64,000 nt of DNA from Armatimonadota bacterium (lineage in GTDB: Bacteria > Armatimonadota > SYMT01): the NCBI GenBank assembly GCA_041690135.1, contig JAWLHY010000007.1, positions 64,001 to 128,000 on the forward strand, read 5' to 3'. Position 1 is the first letter of the stretch. Every line of letters begins with the position of its first letter. The notes under the pieces are model-generated. The model was not told the origin of the DNA. It saw nothing but the letters and a program-made list of their open reading frames with translations, and ran no database searches. Below are positions 8,752 to 19,234 of this stretch, in pieces. The position numbers and the translations under genes are program-made.

Positions 8752-11700
8752 ATGAAGGCGGTTCCGTTCGGTTTGGCGGCTGTGGCCGTGGCGGGGGTGG
8801 CAGGGGGATTACGTCCGGCGATCAGTCAGGATAAGGGCTTGAACCCGGCGGTCTCTTCCAAACAAGTGCTGGCGGCGAAAGCCAGCGACATCCTGCGACG
8901 TCGTTGTTTCCAGTGCCACGGCGCGGACGCCATTTCCGGTCTTGACCTCCGGACGCACTCGGCCGCCTTGAGGGGTGGGAAGCGCGGCCCCGCTATCGTT
9001 CCCGGACAGCCGGAGAAGAGCCCCCTCTACCAGTTTGTCGCCGGAAAGGGAGCCGCCTTGATGCCGCCGGCGGGCGCCCTTCATCCCAACGAGTTGGCCC
9101 TACTCCGCCAGTGGATTCAGGCGGGAGCCCCCTGGATGGAGGCCGAGGGACAGAAGGCAGAAGGCAGAAGTCAGAAGGCAGGAGCCGGCGGCGGGAAGCG
9201 GGAAGCAGCCGGGCAGTTCTGGTCGCTGCGACCGGTGCGGAAGCCGCCGCTCCCGCAGGTTCGGAACCGGGCCTGGGTGCGCAACCCGGTCGACGCGTTC
9301 GTGCTGGCGAAGCTGGAAGCAAGCGGCCTCGCGCCGGCGCCCCCGGCCGGCCGTCGGGAGTTGATCCGGAGACTCAGTTTCGACCTGACGGGCCTTCCTC
9401 CCACACCGGAGGAAGTGGACGCGTTCGTTCGGGACGCCCGGCCGGATGCTTACGAACGGCTCGTCGACCGCCTCCTGGCCTCGCCTCACTATGGGGAGCG
9501 GTGGGCGCGCCACTGGCTGGACGTAGTCCGTTTTGCCGAGAGCCAGGGCTTCGAACGGGACAAGATCCGCGAACATGCCTGGCGGTACCGCGACTACGTC
9601 ATCGATGCCTTCAACCGGGATAAGCCCTACGACCGGTTCATCAAGGAGCAGATCGCGGGCGACCTGTTGCCGGCTCCTCCGGGTTTACCGGGGGCCAATG
9701 CCGCCCACGAGGGGATCATCGCGACCGGCTTTCTGGTGGCGGGTCCCTGGGACGAAGTCGGAAACAACCAGGCCAGCCAGGTAATGCGGGCGCGGGTGCG
9801 CGAGGATGAGCTGGAAGACATCGTCAGCGCCACGGCGCAGACGTTCCTGGGGCTGACGGTCAACTGCGCGCGGTGCCACGACCACAAGTTCGATCCGATC
9901 CCGCAGCGGGATTACTACCGGTTCCAGGCGGCCCTGGCGGGCGTGCGGCACGGAGACCGCCCGGTGCTGACGACAGCCGAGCAGCGCGCAAGCGATGAGG
10001 AGAAGGCATCGCTCAAGTCTCGTCTCGACCAGGTCAACGCGGCCATCGCGCGGATCGAAAGTGCGGCGCGGGCACGGGTGGCGGCGCGCCATGCTAAGGA
10101 GAAGCGGCCGAGATCGGTCCCCAACGACCTGCCGAGCCCTTTGCTCCGGTGGACTTTCGAAGAGGGGACCACGGACACGGAGAGAGGGATTCGCCTGGAG
10201 CTGAAAGGCGGCGCCAATCTCCGGAACGGGCGGCTGCTTCTGGATGGGATGAGCGGCCGAGCCCTATCGAGCCCCCTGCCGTTCGCCGTTGTGGCACGTA
10301 CCCTCGAAGCGTGGGTAGCCCTCGGTTCTCTCGACCAACGCGGGGGCAGCGTCCTCACCCTGGAAGATCTGAAGGGAAATCTGTTCGACGGGATCGTCTT
10401 TGGCGAGCGTCAGCCGCGCAAGTGGATCTCCGGGAGCAGCTTCTTTTCCCGCACACGCGATCTGGAAGGTCCCGAGGAAACCGCGGGACCGGACGAGTTG
10501 GTCCACCTGGCGATTACCTATGCCGAAGATGACCGCATCACGGTCTACCGGAACGGCAAGATCTATGCCCCCGGCTACGTGCCCGTCGGCGCGGCGGATG
10601 CGTCGCTGCGGCGGTACGCCGAAAGGGCCTCGCGTGTCCTTCTGGGCCTCCGGCACAGCGCCGGCGCAACTCCGGGCGGAAACCGCTGGTTCAAGGGGGA
10701 GATCGAGGAAGCGCGTGTTTATGCACGTGCCTTGACGGCGGAAGAGGTCAGTCGTTCGTTCCAGCACGGCCCACCCACCATTACCGAGGCGGAGATTCGG
10801 GCCGCCCTGACGGATGAGGAATTGCGAGAGCACACAAGGTTGAATGCCGATAGCGGCCGCATTCGGGGACGCCTGACCGAGCTCGACAGCCCGCCGATGG
10901 CGTATGCGGCTCTCTCGAAGGAGCCGGAGCCGGTGCATCTCCTCGAGCGCGGAGACGTACAGAAGAAGGCGGAGCGGGTCAGCCCGGCGGGTCTTTCCTG
11001 CATCGGGGATCCTTCCGCGGACTTCGGCCTCTCCCCCGAAGCATCGGATGCACAACGCCGTCTGCGCCTTGCCGAGTGGATCGCCCACCCGGCGAACCCG
11101 CTCACGCCGCGGGTGATGGTCAACCGCGTGTGGCAGTACCATTTCGGCCAGGGGATTGTCGGAACCCCCAGCGACTTCGGCGTCATGGGCGAGCGCCCGA
11201 CGCACCCGGAACTTCTGGACTACCTGGCCTCCGTCTTCGCCGGCCCCAACCCCCGGCCCCTGGCCCCCAACCCCGCCGAAGGCATGGGCTGGAGTCTCAA
11301 AAAGCTCCATCGCTTCATCGTCACCAGTAGCACCTACCGGCAGAGCACGAAGGGGAATGAGAAAGCGGCGGCGCTGGACGTGGATAACCGGCTTCTGTGG
11401 CGGATGTCGCCGCGGCGCCTGGAGGCGGAGGAGATCCGGGATGCGGTCCTGTCGGTGAGTGGCAAGTTGAACCCGAAGCGCGGCGGTCCCGGTTTCCGGC
11501 CATTCAGCGTGACGGTCAGCAATAGCCACTTCTATACCTACGAGGACCGCGTGGGGCCGGAGTACGAGCGGCGGAGCATCTACCGGACCGTGGTCAACAG
11601 CGGCGGCATTCCGCTTCTCGAGGTATTCGATTGCCCGGACCCCAGCGTGAAGACGCCTCGCCGCAGCAGCACGACCACGCCGCTACAGGCCCTCTCGCTC

Positions 11701-11928
11701 CTGAACAACTCCTTCGTGTTGCGCCAGACTCGCGAACTCGCCGCCCGCCTGGAACGAGAGGTCGGGGCCGACCCGGCCCGCCAGGTGGACCGCGTCTACC
11801 GTCTCTGCTTCGCGCGCCCGCCGGAGGGTCGGGAGTCGACCCGAGCCGTGGCTTTCGTGAAGGAACACGGTCTTCCGGCATTGTGCCGGGTGCTCTTCAA
11901 CACGAGTGAGTTCGTGTTCGTGCGGTGA
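8752..11928 (+). CDS. Cytochrome c + DUF1549 + LamG-like + DUF1553 protein
   Basis: CFQCH, HYGERWARHWLDVVRFAES.G, CARCHDHKFDP, central LamG-like segment (RWTFEE...HLAITY...YRNG...GEIEEARVYARALT), NPLTPRVMVNRVWQYHFG, C-terminal EFVFVR. Confidence 0.9.
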   Translation: MKAVPFGLAAVAVAGVAGGLRPAISQDKGLNPAVSSKQVLAAKASDILRRRCFQCHGADAISGLDLRTHSAALRGGKRGPAIVPGQPEKSPLYQFVAGKGAALMPPAGALHPNELALLRQWIQAGAPWMEAEGQKAEGRSQKAGAGGGKREAAGQFWSLRPVRKPPLPQVRNRAWVRNPVDAFVLAKLEASGLAPAPPAGRRELIRRLSFDLTGLPPTPEEVDAFVRDARPDAYERLVDRLLASPHYGERWARHWLDVVRFAESQGFERDKIREHAWRYRDYVIDAFNRDKPYDRFIKEQIAGDLLPAPPGLPGANAAHEGIIATGFLVAGPWDEVGNNQASQVMRARVREDELEDIVSATAQTFLGLTVNCARCHDHKFDPIPQRDYYRFQAALAGVRHGDRPVLTTAEQRASDEEKASLKSRLDQVNAAIARIESAARARVAARHAKEKRPRSVPNDLPSPLLRWTFEEGTTDTERGIRLELKGGANLRNGRLLLDGMSGRALSSPLPFAVVARTLEAWVALGSLDQRGGSVLTLEDLKGNLFDGIVFGERQPRKWISGSSFFSRTRDLEGPEETAGPDELVHLAITYAEDDRITVYRNGKIYAPGYVPVGAADASLRRYAERASRVLLGLRHSAGATPGGNRWFKGEIEEARVYARALTAEEVSRSFQHGPPTITEAEIRAALTDEELREHTRLNADSGRIRGRLTELDSPPMAYAALSKEPEPVHLLERGDVQKKAERVSPAGLSCIGDPSADFGLSPEASDAQRRLRLAEWIAHPANPLTPRVMVNRVWQYHFGQGIVGTPSDFGVMGERPTHPELLDYLASVFAGPNPRPLAPNPAEGMGWSLKKLHRFIVTSSTYRQSTKGNEKAAALDVDNRLLWRMSPRRLEAEEIRDAVLSVSGKLNPKRGGPGFRPFSVTVSNSHFYTYEDRVGPEYERRSIYRTVVNSGGIPLLEVFDCPDPSVKTPRRSSTTTPLQALSLLNNSFVLRQTRELAARLEREVGADPARQVDRVYRLCFARPPEGRESTRAVAFVKEHGLPALCRVLFNTSEFVFVR

Positions 11929-12025
11929 ACTTTACTTCAGGATGAAGCCGTCCAATCTCACCAGGTAGCCAGTGGAACGGGCGTCTTGCGGGGCACGAGC
12001 GAGGACGAGAACGAAACTGTAACGG

Positions 12026-13120
12026 GTGCAGGAAAGCGATGAGAGGCCCGCGAAGGGAATCCCATCGGAAGGCCAGGCTTCCCGGCCACCTTCACCAGAA
12101 GGCCGGCCTTTGCAGCAGGCGGCAGCGATGCACGAACCTCTTCCAGCGCCGAGGCCCGAGAACACACGACGGGACTTGCTCTACGATCCCCAAGGCGAAA
12201 CCTGTTCACGGGTGCCCGTCTTTCGTCATCCCTTCTACCGGAAACTACAGCCAGCCTGTTATCTGGTAATGCCGGCGCTGCTGCTCCTCTCGTTGTTTGT
12301 CAGCCCGCCGTACAGCTTCTTTGCGGCGCTTTGCGGATCGGTGTTGTTCCTGGGAGTTGTGTGGCTGTCGCTGTTTGCGGCGCACCAGCACGGCAGTCTC
12401 GCGGCTGCCTGGGAGCGTGGGGTGCGGCGAGCGCTGGGCCTGCGGTTCCTCTGTCCGGAGTGTTTACGTTTCGGTCCCGTGCGTCACGCGTGTGGAGCGT
12501 GCGGCGGTGAGTTGGAGCCGTTTGTCATCCACACGCGCGGGCTCTATCTCAACGATTGTGCCCGCTGCCGGGCGCGGATCTTCCCCACTTCGTGGGCGGC
12601 CGGAACCCCGCCGAATGCGCGCTGTAACGGCTGCGGCGCGATGCTGAACGCCAACCTTCATTCGCTCCGAGTTCGGGTGGTGGGCGTGCTGTGCCCCAGC
12701 GATCTGGAAGCCGTCGCGGAAGAAGTAGACACCTCCGCACATTACGGCTGGGGTGGGGGTCATCTCTACCATGACCTCGGGACGGAGAGGGTCTACGTGT
12801 TGGATGTGGCCGAAGTGGAGCCGGAAGGTGACTTTTTCTCCGAGCGGCACGCAGCGCGGGAAGTGGAAGCGTTGTGGCTCGATGCTGTTCTGGATGAACC
12901 GCTGAACCTGGGAGAGACCCTCGATCGCTTTTTCCGGCGGGCCGGAATATCGGAGGCGCGGCGTAAGGTCCTACCCGTATTCATCGCGCGAAAAGAGCTT
13001 GCCCCGGCCGTACGCAACGTCCTCGCGGGACGCCTGGGTTGCCTGACCTTCGGGGCCACCCCGCACGCTGCACTGCGTCTCAGGGCAAAACCGGGCAAGC
13101 CAGGCGAACGAGGGGCGTAG
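12026..13120 (+). CDS. Membrane protein with four CxxC Zn-ribbon pairs and a degenerate GTPase-like C-terminal domain (start uncertain)
   Basis: Two TM helices, CPEC/CGAC/CARC/CNGC, then VYVLDVAE and LPVFIARKE. Confidence 0.55.
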   Translation: MQESDERPAKGIPSEGQASRPPSPEGRPLQQAAAMHEPLPAPRPENTRRDLLYDPQGETCSRVPVFRHPFYRKLQPACYLVMPALLLLSLFVSPPYSFFAALCGSVLFLGVVWLSLFAAHQHGSLAAAWERGVRRALGLRFLCPECLRFGPVRHACGACGGELEPFVIHTRGLYLNDCARCRARIFPTSWAAGTPPNARCNGCGAMLNANLHSLRVRVVGVLCPSDLEAVAEEVDTSAHYGWGGGHLYHDLGTERVYVLDVAEVEPEGDFFSERHAAREVEALWLDAVLDEPLNLGETLDRFFRRAGISEARRKVLPVFIARKELAPAVRNVLAGRLGCLTFGATPHAALRLRAKPGKPGERGA

Positions 13121-13298
13121 GTTCTTCGAAGAAGCCGATCGTCGGGCTGTGTAGCCAACGTCGCCCGGCAGATGCAAGGTCCACCGGGTGAGGCGCTATC
13201 CCCATGATGGAGAGGGACCTCCTCCGCCATCTCGCCCCGGGGAGGTCAATAAGGTCAGGAGTCCGTTCTCCGGAGAACGGACTCCTGACCGCCGACCA

Positions 13299-14999
13299 TC
13301 ATCCCACCATGGGGAAGAGGGTGGCCGCGACGAGGATGACCAGGAAGCCCACGACGCCCATGACGGCGAGCGTGGTGGTGATATACCGCAGCCCTTCCAT
13401 CTCTTTCATTCCACTCATCTTGGTGACCACCCAGAATCCGCTGTCGTTCATCCACCCGATGGGGAGGGCGCCGCAGCCGATCGAGAGGGCGAGATAGACG
13501 GGATGGCAGCCGATCCCCTGGCTCGCTACGCCCGCAAAGATGCCCGCGGTCGTGATCATGGCCACGGTCGAAGATCCCTGGGCGGTGCGGACGGCACTGG
13601 ACACCAGGAATGCGAGGGTGAGCAGCACAACCGGCGAAGTGCGCGGCATCTGGGTGATCAGGCCGGCAACCCCGGTCTGCTGGAGCACGGCGCCGAATGC
13701 CCCACCCGCCGCGGTGATGAGGATGATGCCGCCCGCGTCGGCCAGCGCGGTTTCCACATCCCGGGCCATGGTCTCGCGGCTCGGGCGGCGCGCCCAGACG
13801 AGCGTGCCCATGCCGATCACCGCCGCCAGGACCAGCGCGATGTTCTTATCACCAAGTGTCTCCGCCCACGGTTTCATGGCGGGTGAGGGCTCCCAACCCG
13901 TGGTCTTCAGGATCGTGTAGCCGCCCATCAAGATCACGGGAAGCACGATCGGCAGCAGGGACAACCAGGTCGGGGGAAGCTTCACCTCTGCCGGTTCTCC
14001 CGACTCCCCCGACTCCTTCAGTTCCTCTAGCGATAGGTCCGCCGATTCCCGCAGCGGTAGTGTCCACCTCCGGTTCAGGTAGAGCGCGAAGAGGTAACCA
14101 GCGATGGCCGCTACCATACCGACCACCGAGCCCACCAGGATCATCTGGCCGACGCTCACTCCCAATTGCTCCGCCACGAGCAGGGGGCCGGGCGTGGGCG
14201 GGACCAGCGTGTGCGCGATAGCTCCGCCGGCCAGAATGGTCAAAATATAAAGAAGGTAGTTTCGGCCCGTGCGCAGGCCGATGGCCCGGGCGAGCGGGAC
14301 CATCAGGTAGAAAACCGTATCGAAGAAGACCGGCACACCCAGCAGGAAACTGCTTGAGAGGAAGGCGACGGGAGCGCCGCGTTCTCCCGTGATCCGGAGC
14401 GCGCTCTGGACGATCCGGTCGGCCGCCCCGCTCTTCAGCAGGCACATCCCGATGATCGAAGCCATGGCGATCAGGATGCCGATGTTGATGCAGGTGGTGC
14501 CGAATCCGGTGGCGACGCGCAGGCCGACGTTCTGGCTGGCCGCCTTCATCGCGCTGCTGAATGCAGCCGGCTGGATCGCGAGATCGCCGCTCACAGGCAG
14601 CCACTCTACCCCTCCGCGAATGCTTGCCACCGCCTGCTGAATGCGTTCTCCCTTCGCATTGACCACTTCCTCGAACCGGTCGACCTGCAGCTCGCCCACA
14701 CTCTCGTAGTGGCCGCTGGCGCTACTCCGCCGGGTTATGAGGTAAAGGACGCCGGGACGCGTTTCCTTCTCCGAGAGCTTCAGCGTCACCTCGCGAGCGC
14801 TCTCGTTCACTGCGGCCACCGTCGCCGCTTCCTTCTGGATCGCGTAGCGTTCGACATTAACCGCGGGGGTGAGCGTGCCCACCAGAAGGGCGCCGAGAAG
14901 GAGCGCGAGGAATGCGTGCAGCCGCAGGAGCAGCACGCCGCCCACCACGACCAGAACACCCGCCAACAAGATTACCAGGGTACCCCAGGCTGACTCCAT
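13299..14999 (-). CDS. GntP family (gluconate:H+ symporter-like) permease
   Basis: PVFFDTVFYLMVPL, HTLVPPTPGP, IILITAAGGAFG, AQGSSTVAMIT, WMNDSGFWV motifs. Confidence 0.9.
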   Translation of the reverse strand: MESAWGTLVILLAGVLVVVGGVLLLRLHAFLALLLGALLVGTLTPAVNVERYAIQKEAATVAAVNESAREVTLKLSEKETRPGVLYLITRRSSASGHYESVGELQVDRFEEVVNAKGERIQQAVASIRGGVEWLPVSGDLAIQPAAFSSAMKAASQNVGLRVATGFGTTCINIGILIAMASIIGMCLLKSGAADRIVQSALRITGERGAPVAFLSSSFLLGVPVFFDTVFYLMVPLARAIGLRTGRNYLLYILTILAGGAIAHTLVPPTPGPLLVAEQLGVSVGQMILVGSVVGMVAAIAGYLFALYLNRRWTLPLRESADLSLEELKESGESGEPAEVKLPPTWLSLLPIVLPVILMGGYTILKTTGWEPSPAMKPWAETLGDKNIALVLAAVIGMGTLVWARRPSRETMARDVETALADAGGIILITAAGGAFGAVLQQTGVAGLITQMPRTSPVVLLTLAFLVSSAVRTAQGSSTVAMITTAGIFAGVASQGIGCHPVYLALSIGCGALPIGWMNDSGFWVVTKMSGMKEMEGLRYITTTLAVMGVVGFLVILVAATLFPMVG

Positions 15000-15685
15000 A
15001 AATCCAAACTACAACTTTCCTGTAACTCTGGCCGTGTATAACAACAGCCAGTACTCATTACGCATGCAGTTCCGATATGCGCACACGGCACGAACATCTA
15101 CTAATGTCGGTGGAAATGGGGCGCATTCCCTCCTTGCCCGTGGATCGGAGAGTGGGCCGCAGCAGGTCCCGGTTCCCCTGAAAAGCCGGTGCGACCCGGG
15201 CGTATCGAGGCATGGACCCGACGAGGGAAATGGGCAGACCAGTTTAGCTGCGGCGGGAGGGTCGGGGGGTAAGCGTATCTCAACGGAAGTGAACGGGGTC
15301 CTGCGGGCTGCGTCATGGCGGGTATTGTAAGGAGCCTCCTACCTTCCTCGGGCTTCGGGCGTTGTTCCGGAAGGCATGCTAGAGAAGGCTGCCGAACGAA
15401 CTGTCCGGGCAGCGGCCTGGGCACGAGCGGCTTCGGCCACCGATAATGAGGATCGGGTCTTCTGCCTGCTCACCCTCACGGCAGCCGGCGAGCAGAACCT
15501 GGGGAGCGCGGTCCACGAGCTGCGCGAGAACCAGCAGGAAGAGGGCGGTTGGTAGCAGCTTGACGGGCAGACGGTGGATGCCTATGCTACCGGGAGTGCG
15601 CCGGACGCGCTCGCCTGCACCCCGAAGCAGATAGAACGTTGAAGTTTTATGTACCCGTTCAAAGGCGAGGGAGCGAGTTCAAGGG

Positions 15686-16663
15686 ATGAATCGACGTGAG
15701 TTTCAAGGGGCGCTGTTGACCCTGTTGAGTGGAGCGGGGACCCAGGCATGGGCGGCGGACCCAATGCCGGTGATTACGGACCCCGAAAGCGCAGGGCCCG
15801 ATTACCTGGTGCAGGGCGAGTACCTCGGAGCGGCCGGCGGGCAGCGGCTGGGATGCCAGGTCATCGCCATGGGCAACGCCAACTTTAAAGCGGTTTTTCT
15901 GCCGGGTGGGCTGCCGGGGGACGGTTGGGACGGAAAGATGCGAGTGCGCCTGGATGGGAAAACCGACGGGGCTTCCACTTTCTTCCCCGGCCTGGGATAC
16001 AACGGCAGCATCGTCGACGGAAGGCTCAAAGGCAAGACGGACCGCGGTGTGGAGTTCAGTCTCAAGAAGGTAGCTCGCCGTAGCCCCACGGAAGGCGCTA
16101 TGCCGCCCGCCGGAGCCCGCGTGCTGTTCGACGGCAGCGGACTGGAAGCTTGGGAAGGCGCCCGCATGACCGAAGACCGCTTGCTGCAGGCCGGCTTCCG
16201 CACGAAGGATAGCTTCACCGACTTCACGCTCCACCTGGAGTTCCGTACCCCCTTCAAGCCCCTGGCGCGAGGCCAGAGCCGGGGCAACAGCGGCGTCTAC
16301 ATCCTCGGGCGTTATGAGGTCCAGATCCTCGACTCATTTGGTCTCGACGGCCTGATCAATGAGTGCGGGGCCATTTACACCCGCCGCGCGCCGGACGTAA
16401 ACATGTGCTATCCGCCGCTGTCGTGGCAGACCTACGATATCGACTTCCAGGCCGCCCGGTACGATTCGACCGGTCAGAAGACGAAGAATGCCCAGATCAC
16501 GGTCCGTCATAACGGCGTGGCGGTTCACGATAACGTGGCCATCCCTGGGCCCACGGGCGGAGCGAACCGGCGCCCGGAGACGGGCACCCCGGCTCCGATC
16601 ACCATCCAGAACCACGGCAATCCGGTCCACCTGCGCAATATCTGGATTGTGCCGCGCGCCTGA
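15686..16663 (+). CDS. DUF1080 (3-keto-disaccharide hydrolase-like) protein, Tat signal
   Basis: MNRREF twin-Arg; LFDG, DFTLHLEF, GNSGVY..GRYEVQILDS, WQTYDI, QNHGNPV..RNIW. Confidence 0.9.
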   Translation: MNRREFQGALLTLLSGAGTQAWAADPMPVITDPESAGPDYLVQGEYLGAAGGQRLGCQVIAMGNANFKAVFLPGGLPGDGWDGKMRVRLDGKTDGASTFFPGLGYNGSIVDGRLKGKTDRGVEFSLKKVARRSPTEGAMPPAGARVLFDGSGLEAWEGARMTEDRLLQAGFRTKDSFTDFTLHLEFRTPFKPLARGQSRGNSGVYILGRYEVQILDSFGLDGLINECGAIYTRRAPDVNMCYPPLSWQTYDIDFQAARYDSTGQKTKNAQITVRHNGVAVHDNVAIPGPTGGANRRPETGTPAPITIQNHGNPVHLRNIWIVPRA

Positions 16664-16700
16664 CATCCGGTACTCTGCTTTTTAAAAGGTGTTCAGTTCA

Positions 16701-17666
16701 ATGATCAAATTCAAGACAACTTTCGCCGCGCTCACCGTGGCGACGGTGGGGGCCGCGGCGGCCCTGGCGGCCGGAGAAGCGTTCCTCGAGCCCGAAAAGG
16801 CAGGTCCCGACTACGCGATCCAGGGAGAGTACGCGATCCGCCGCGGCGATAACAAGCTCGGCTGCCAGATCATCGCGCTGGGAGACGGTAAGTTTTCGGC
16901 AGTGCTGCTGCCTGGGGGCCTCCCTGGCGAGGGATGGGACGGCAAGACGCGCGTGGTGCTGGACGGCAAGACGGAAGGCGAGACGACGAACTTTGCCTCT
17001 TCCGCGCACACCTGGACGGCGCGGCACGGCGACAAGTCGGTGTTCGTGATGCTGGACAACGACAAGCGCGTGCGGCTCCGGAAGGTGGAGCGGAAGAGCC
17101 CAACCCTGGGCGCGAAGCCGCCCGCCGGTGCGACCGTTCTCTTCGACGGCAAGAATACGGACGCCTGGGTCAACCCGCGCCTCACGCCCGAGGGCTGGTT
17201 GATGGAAGGGACCCAGACGAAAAAGGGGTTCAAGGACTTCACGCTGCACGTCGAGTTCATGACCTCGTTCATGCCGAAGTCCCGCGGCCAGGGACGGTCC
17301 AACAGCGGCGTGTTCCTGGACGGCCGCTATGAAGTCCAGGTGCTCGACTCCTTTGGCCTCACCGGGGAGAACAACGAGTGCGGCGGCGTCTACTCCGTCA
17401 AGAAGCCGGACGTGAACATGGCGTTCCCTCCGCTCACGTGGCAGACCTACGACATCGATTTCACCGCGCCCGCATTCGACGCGGCCGGGAAGAAGACGAA
17501 GAACGCCGTGGTGACCGTCCGCCACAACGGCGTGAAGATCCACGACCAGGTCGAGATCCCCAAGAACACGGCCGGCGGGCAGGAAGGCCCCATGCTCGGG
17601 CCCATCCAGTTGATGAACCACGGCGACCCGGTCCGCTTCCGGAACGTGTGGGTCGTGGAGAGGTAG
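16701..17666 (+). CDS. DUF1080 protein, tandem paralog with Sec-type signal
   Basis: Same motif order (LFDGK, DFTLHVEF, NSGVF.DGRYEVQVLDS, NHGDPVRFRNVW). Confidence 0.9.
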   Translation: MIKFKTTFAALTVATVGAAAALAAGEAFLEPEKAGPDYAIQGEYAIRRGDNKLGCQIIALGDGKFSAVLLPGGLPGEGWDGKTRVVLDGKTEGETTNFASSAHTWTARHGDKSVFVMLDNDKRVRLRKVERKSPTLGAKPPAGATVLFDGKNTDAWVNPRLTPEGWLMEGTQTKKGFKDFTLHVEFMTSFMPKSRGQGRSNSGVFLDGRYEVQVLDSFGLTGENNECGGVYSVKKPDVNMAFPPLTWQTYDIDFTAPAFDAAGKKTKNAVVTVRHNGVKIHDQVEIPKNTAGGQEGPMLGPIQLMNHGDPVRFRNVWVVER

Positions 17667-17703
17667 GTCGGCTCCAGCTATTTATTGGGCGAGGGTTGGT
17701 TTG

Positions 17704-17735
17704 AAGGGGCGGGTGTCGGGCACCCGCCCCTTTCC
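17704..17735 (+). terminator. Terminator-like hairpin after the DUF1080 pair
   Basis: AAGGGGCGGGTG-TCGGG-CACCCGCCCCTT, short U tract. Confidence 0.55.
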
Positions 17736-17943
17736 CATGGTCTAGCCCCGCCGTACGCCAACCCAATCCCCGGCGGGTCGTTCCGAATGCGAAGAGCCGC
17801 AGTGTCATGAGCCAGTGTAAACGGCTGTGGTAGGGAGGCCGGTTCTGTAGGAGAGCGGACAGGAATCTGCAGGACCAACGTCGCACTGAGATCTGTCGGT
17901 GGGGATGTACTGTGCCACCGCCGGACAGTTCTCGCGGTCCCCG

Positions 17944-19188
17944 ATGATCCTCCTGCCGTTCCGAACCGATCGACCCAAGATGCGGCCGGCGTACCTCACG
18001 CTGGTCATCATCTTGATCTGTACTCTGGTCCAGTGTGTGCAGGATGCGCTCCCGCCCGTACTCATGCGGCTCCCCACGGCCGGTCCAGAGCCGGTGCCGG
18101 TTCCCGCGCTGATCGCGAACTACGGTCTCTGGGGCAATCATCCCACGCTCACCACGCTGTTCACCCACATGTTCATCCATGGGGACTGGCTGCACCTCAT
18201 TGGGAACATGCTCTTCCTGTGGATCTTTGGGAGCCTGCTGGAAGATGCCATTCGTCCCTGGGGATTGGCCGCCGTTTACTTGGGTGGCGGTCTCTGTGCG
18301 GTGCTGGCCCACCTCCTGATCTCCCAGGCGTTCGGAGATCGTGTCGACGTGCCGATGGTGGGGGCCTCCGGGGCGGTGGCCGGCGTCATGGGGCTCTTCA
18401 TGCTGCGGTTCCACAAGACGCGGGTGGAGGTGTGGTACTGGTTCCTGTTCGTGTGGGGAACGTTCTGGGTGCGTTCGTTCTGGGCGCTGCTCTACTGGAT
18501 CGCGCTGGAGATCTTTGGCGGCGTGATGGATTCGCTGTTCTCTCCGGCCGCGGGTGGGGTGGCGCATTGGGCGCACGTCGGTGGATTCGTGGCGGGGGCA
18601 ATCGCCGCGCCGTGCGTCGGGAGCCTCACGGCCGCCAGGCGGGAGTACATCACGGACGACCCCGAAACGAATGTGGAGTATCTGAAACGGACCGAAAAAG
18701 CTCGCGATGCGGAGAAGGCCCTGGCGCAGGATCCGACCAATGCCTATCTGATGCGGAAGGTCGCACAGGCTTACCGGCGCGCCGGGGAATTCGAACAGGC
18801 CTCGGAGATGTATATCCGGACGGTGAGTCGCTTCGTCGCGCGCGGAATGATGGACCAGGGCGGCGAAGTATATATCGAGCTGATCGAGTACAACGATGGC
18901 GCCGTGCTTCCCGCGGAGATCGAGTTCCGGCTGGCGCAGCACCTGGAAGGCATCCGCATTCAACAGTCGCTGCGGCTTTACCGGTCCATCATTGGGAACT
19001 ACCCGACGCGGCCGGAAGCCGAACAGGCGCTGCTACGGCTGCCGGTGCTGTATGCCCAAACGCTCCATCAGCCGTTTGAAGCGCTGAATTGCCTGAATGA
19101 ATTCCTGGTCCGGTTTCCACAGAGCCAGTGGGCACCCCAGGTGAACGAGTGGCGCGAGACGCTCGACCGTGACTTGCGCCAGTTTTGA
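17944..19188 (+). CDS. Rhomboid intramembrane serine protease with C-terminal TPR-like domain
   Basis: HMFIHGDWLHLIGNMLFLWIFG, GASG (catalytic Ser), AHWAHVGGF (catalytic His); helical C-terminus. Confidence 0.9.
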   Translation: MILLPFRTDRPKMRPAYLTLVIILICTLVQCVQDALPPVLMRLPTAGPEPVPVPALIANYGLWGNHPTLTTLFTHMFIHGDWLHLIGNMLFLWIFGSLLEDAIRPWGLAAVYLGGGLCAVLAHLLISQAFGDRVDVPMVGASGAVAGVMGLFMLRFHKTRVEVWYWFLFVWGTFWVRSFWALLYWIALEIFGGVMDSLFSPAAGGVAHWAHVGGFVAGAIAAPCVGSLTAARREYITDDPETNVEYLKRTEKARDAEKALAQDPTNAYLMRKVAQAYRRAGEFEQASEMYIRTVSRFVARGMMDQGGEVYIELIEYNDGAVLPAEIEFRLAQHLEGIRIQQSLRLYRSIIGNYPTRPEAEQALLRLPVLYAQTLHQPFEALNCLNEFLVRFPQSQWAPQVNEWRETLDRDLRQF

Positions 19189-19234
19189 AGTGAGGGACCC
19201 GAGGGGGTGGCCCTCTCTTGTGAAAGGTTAGTTG

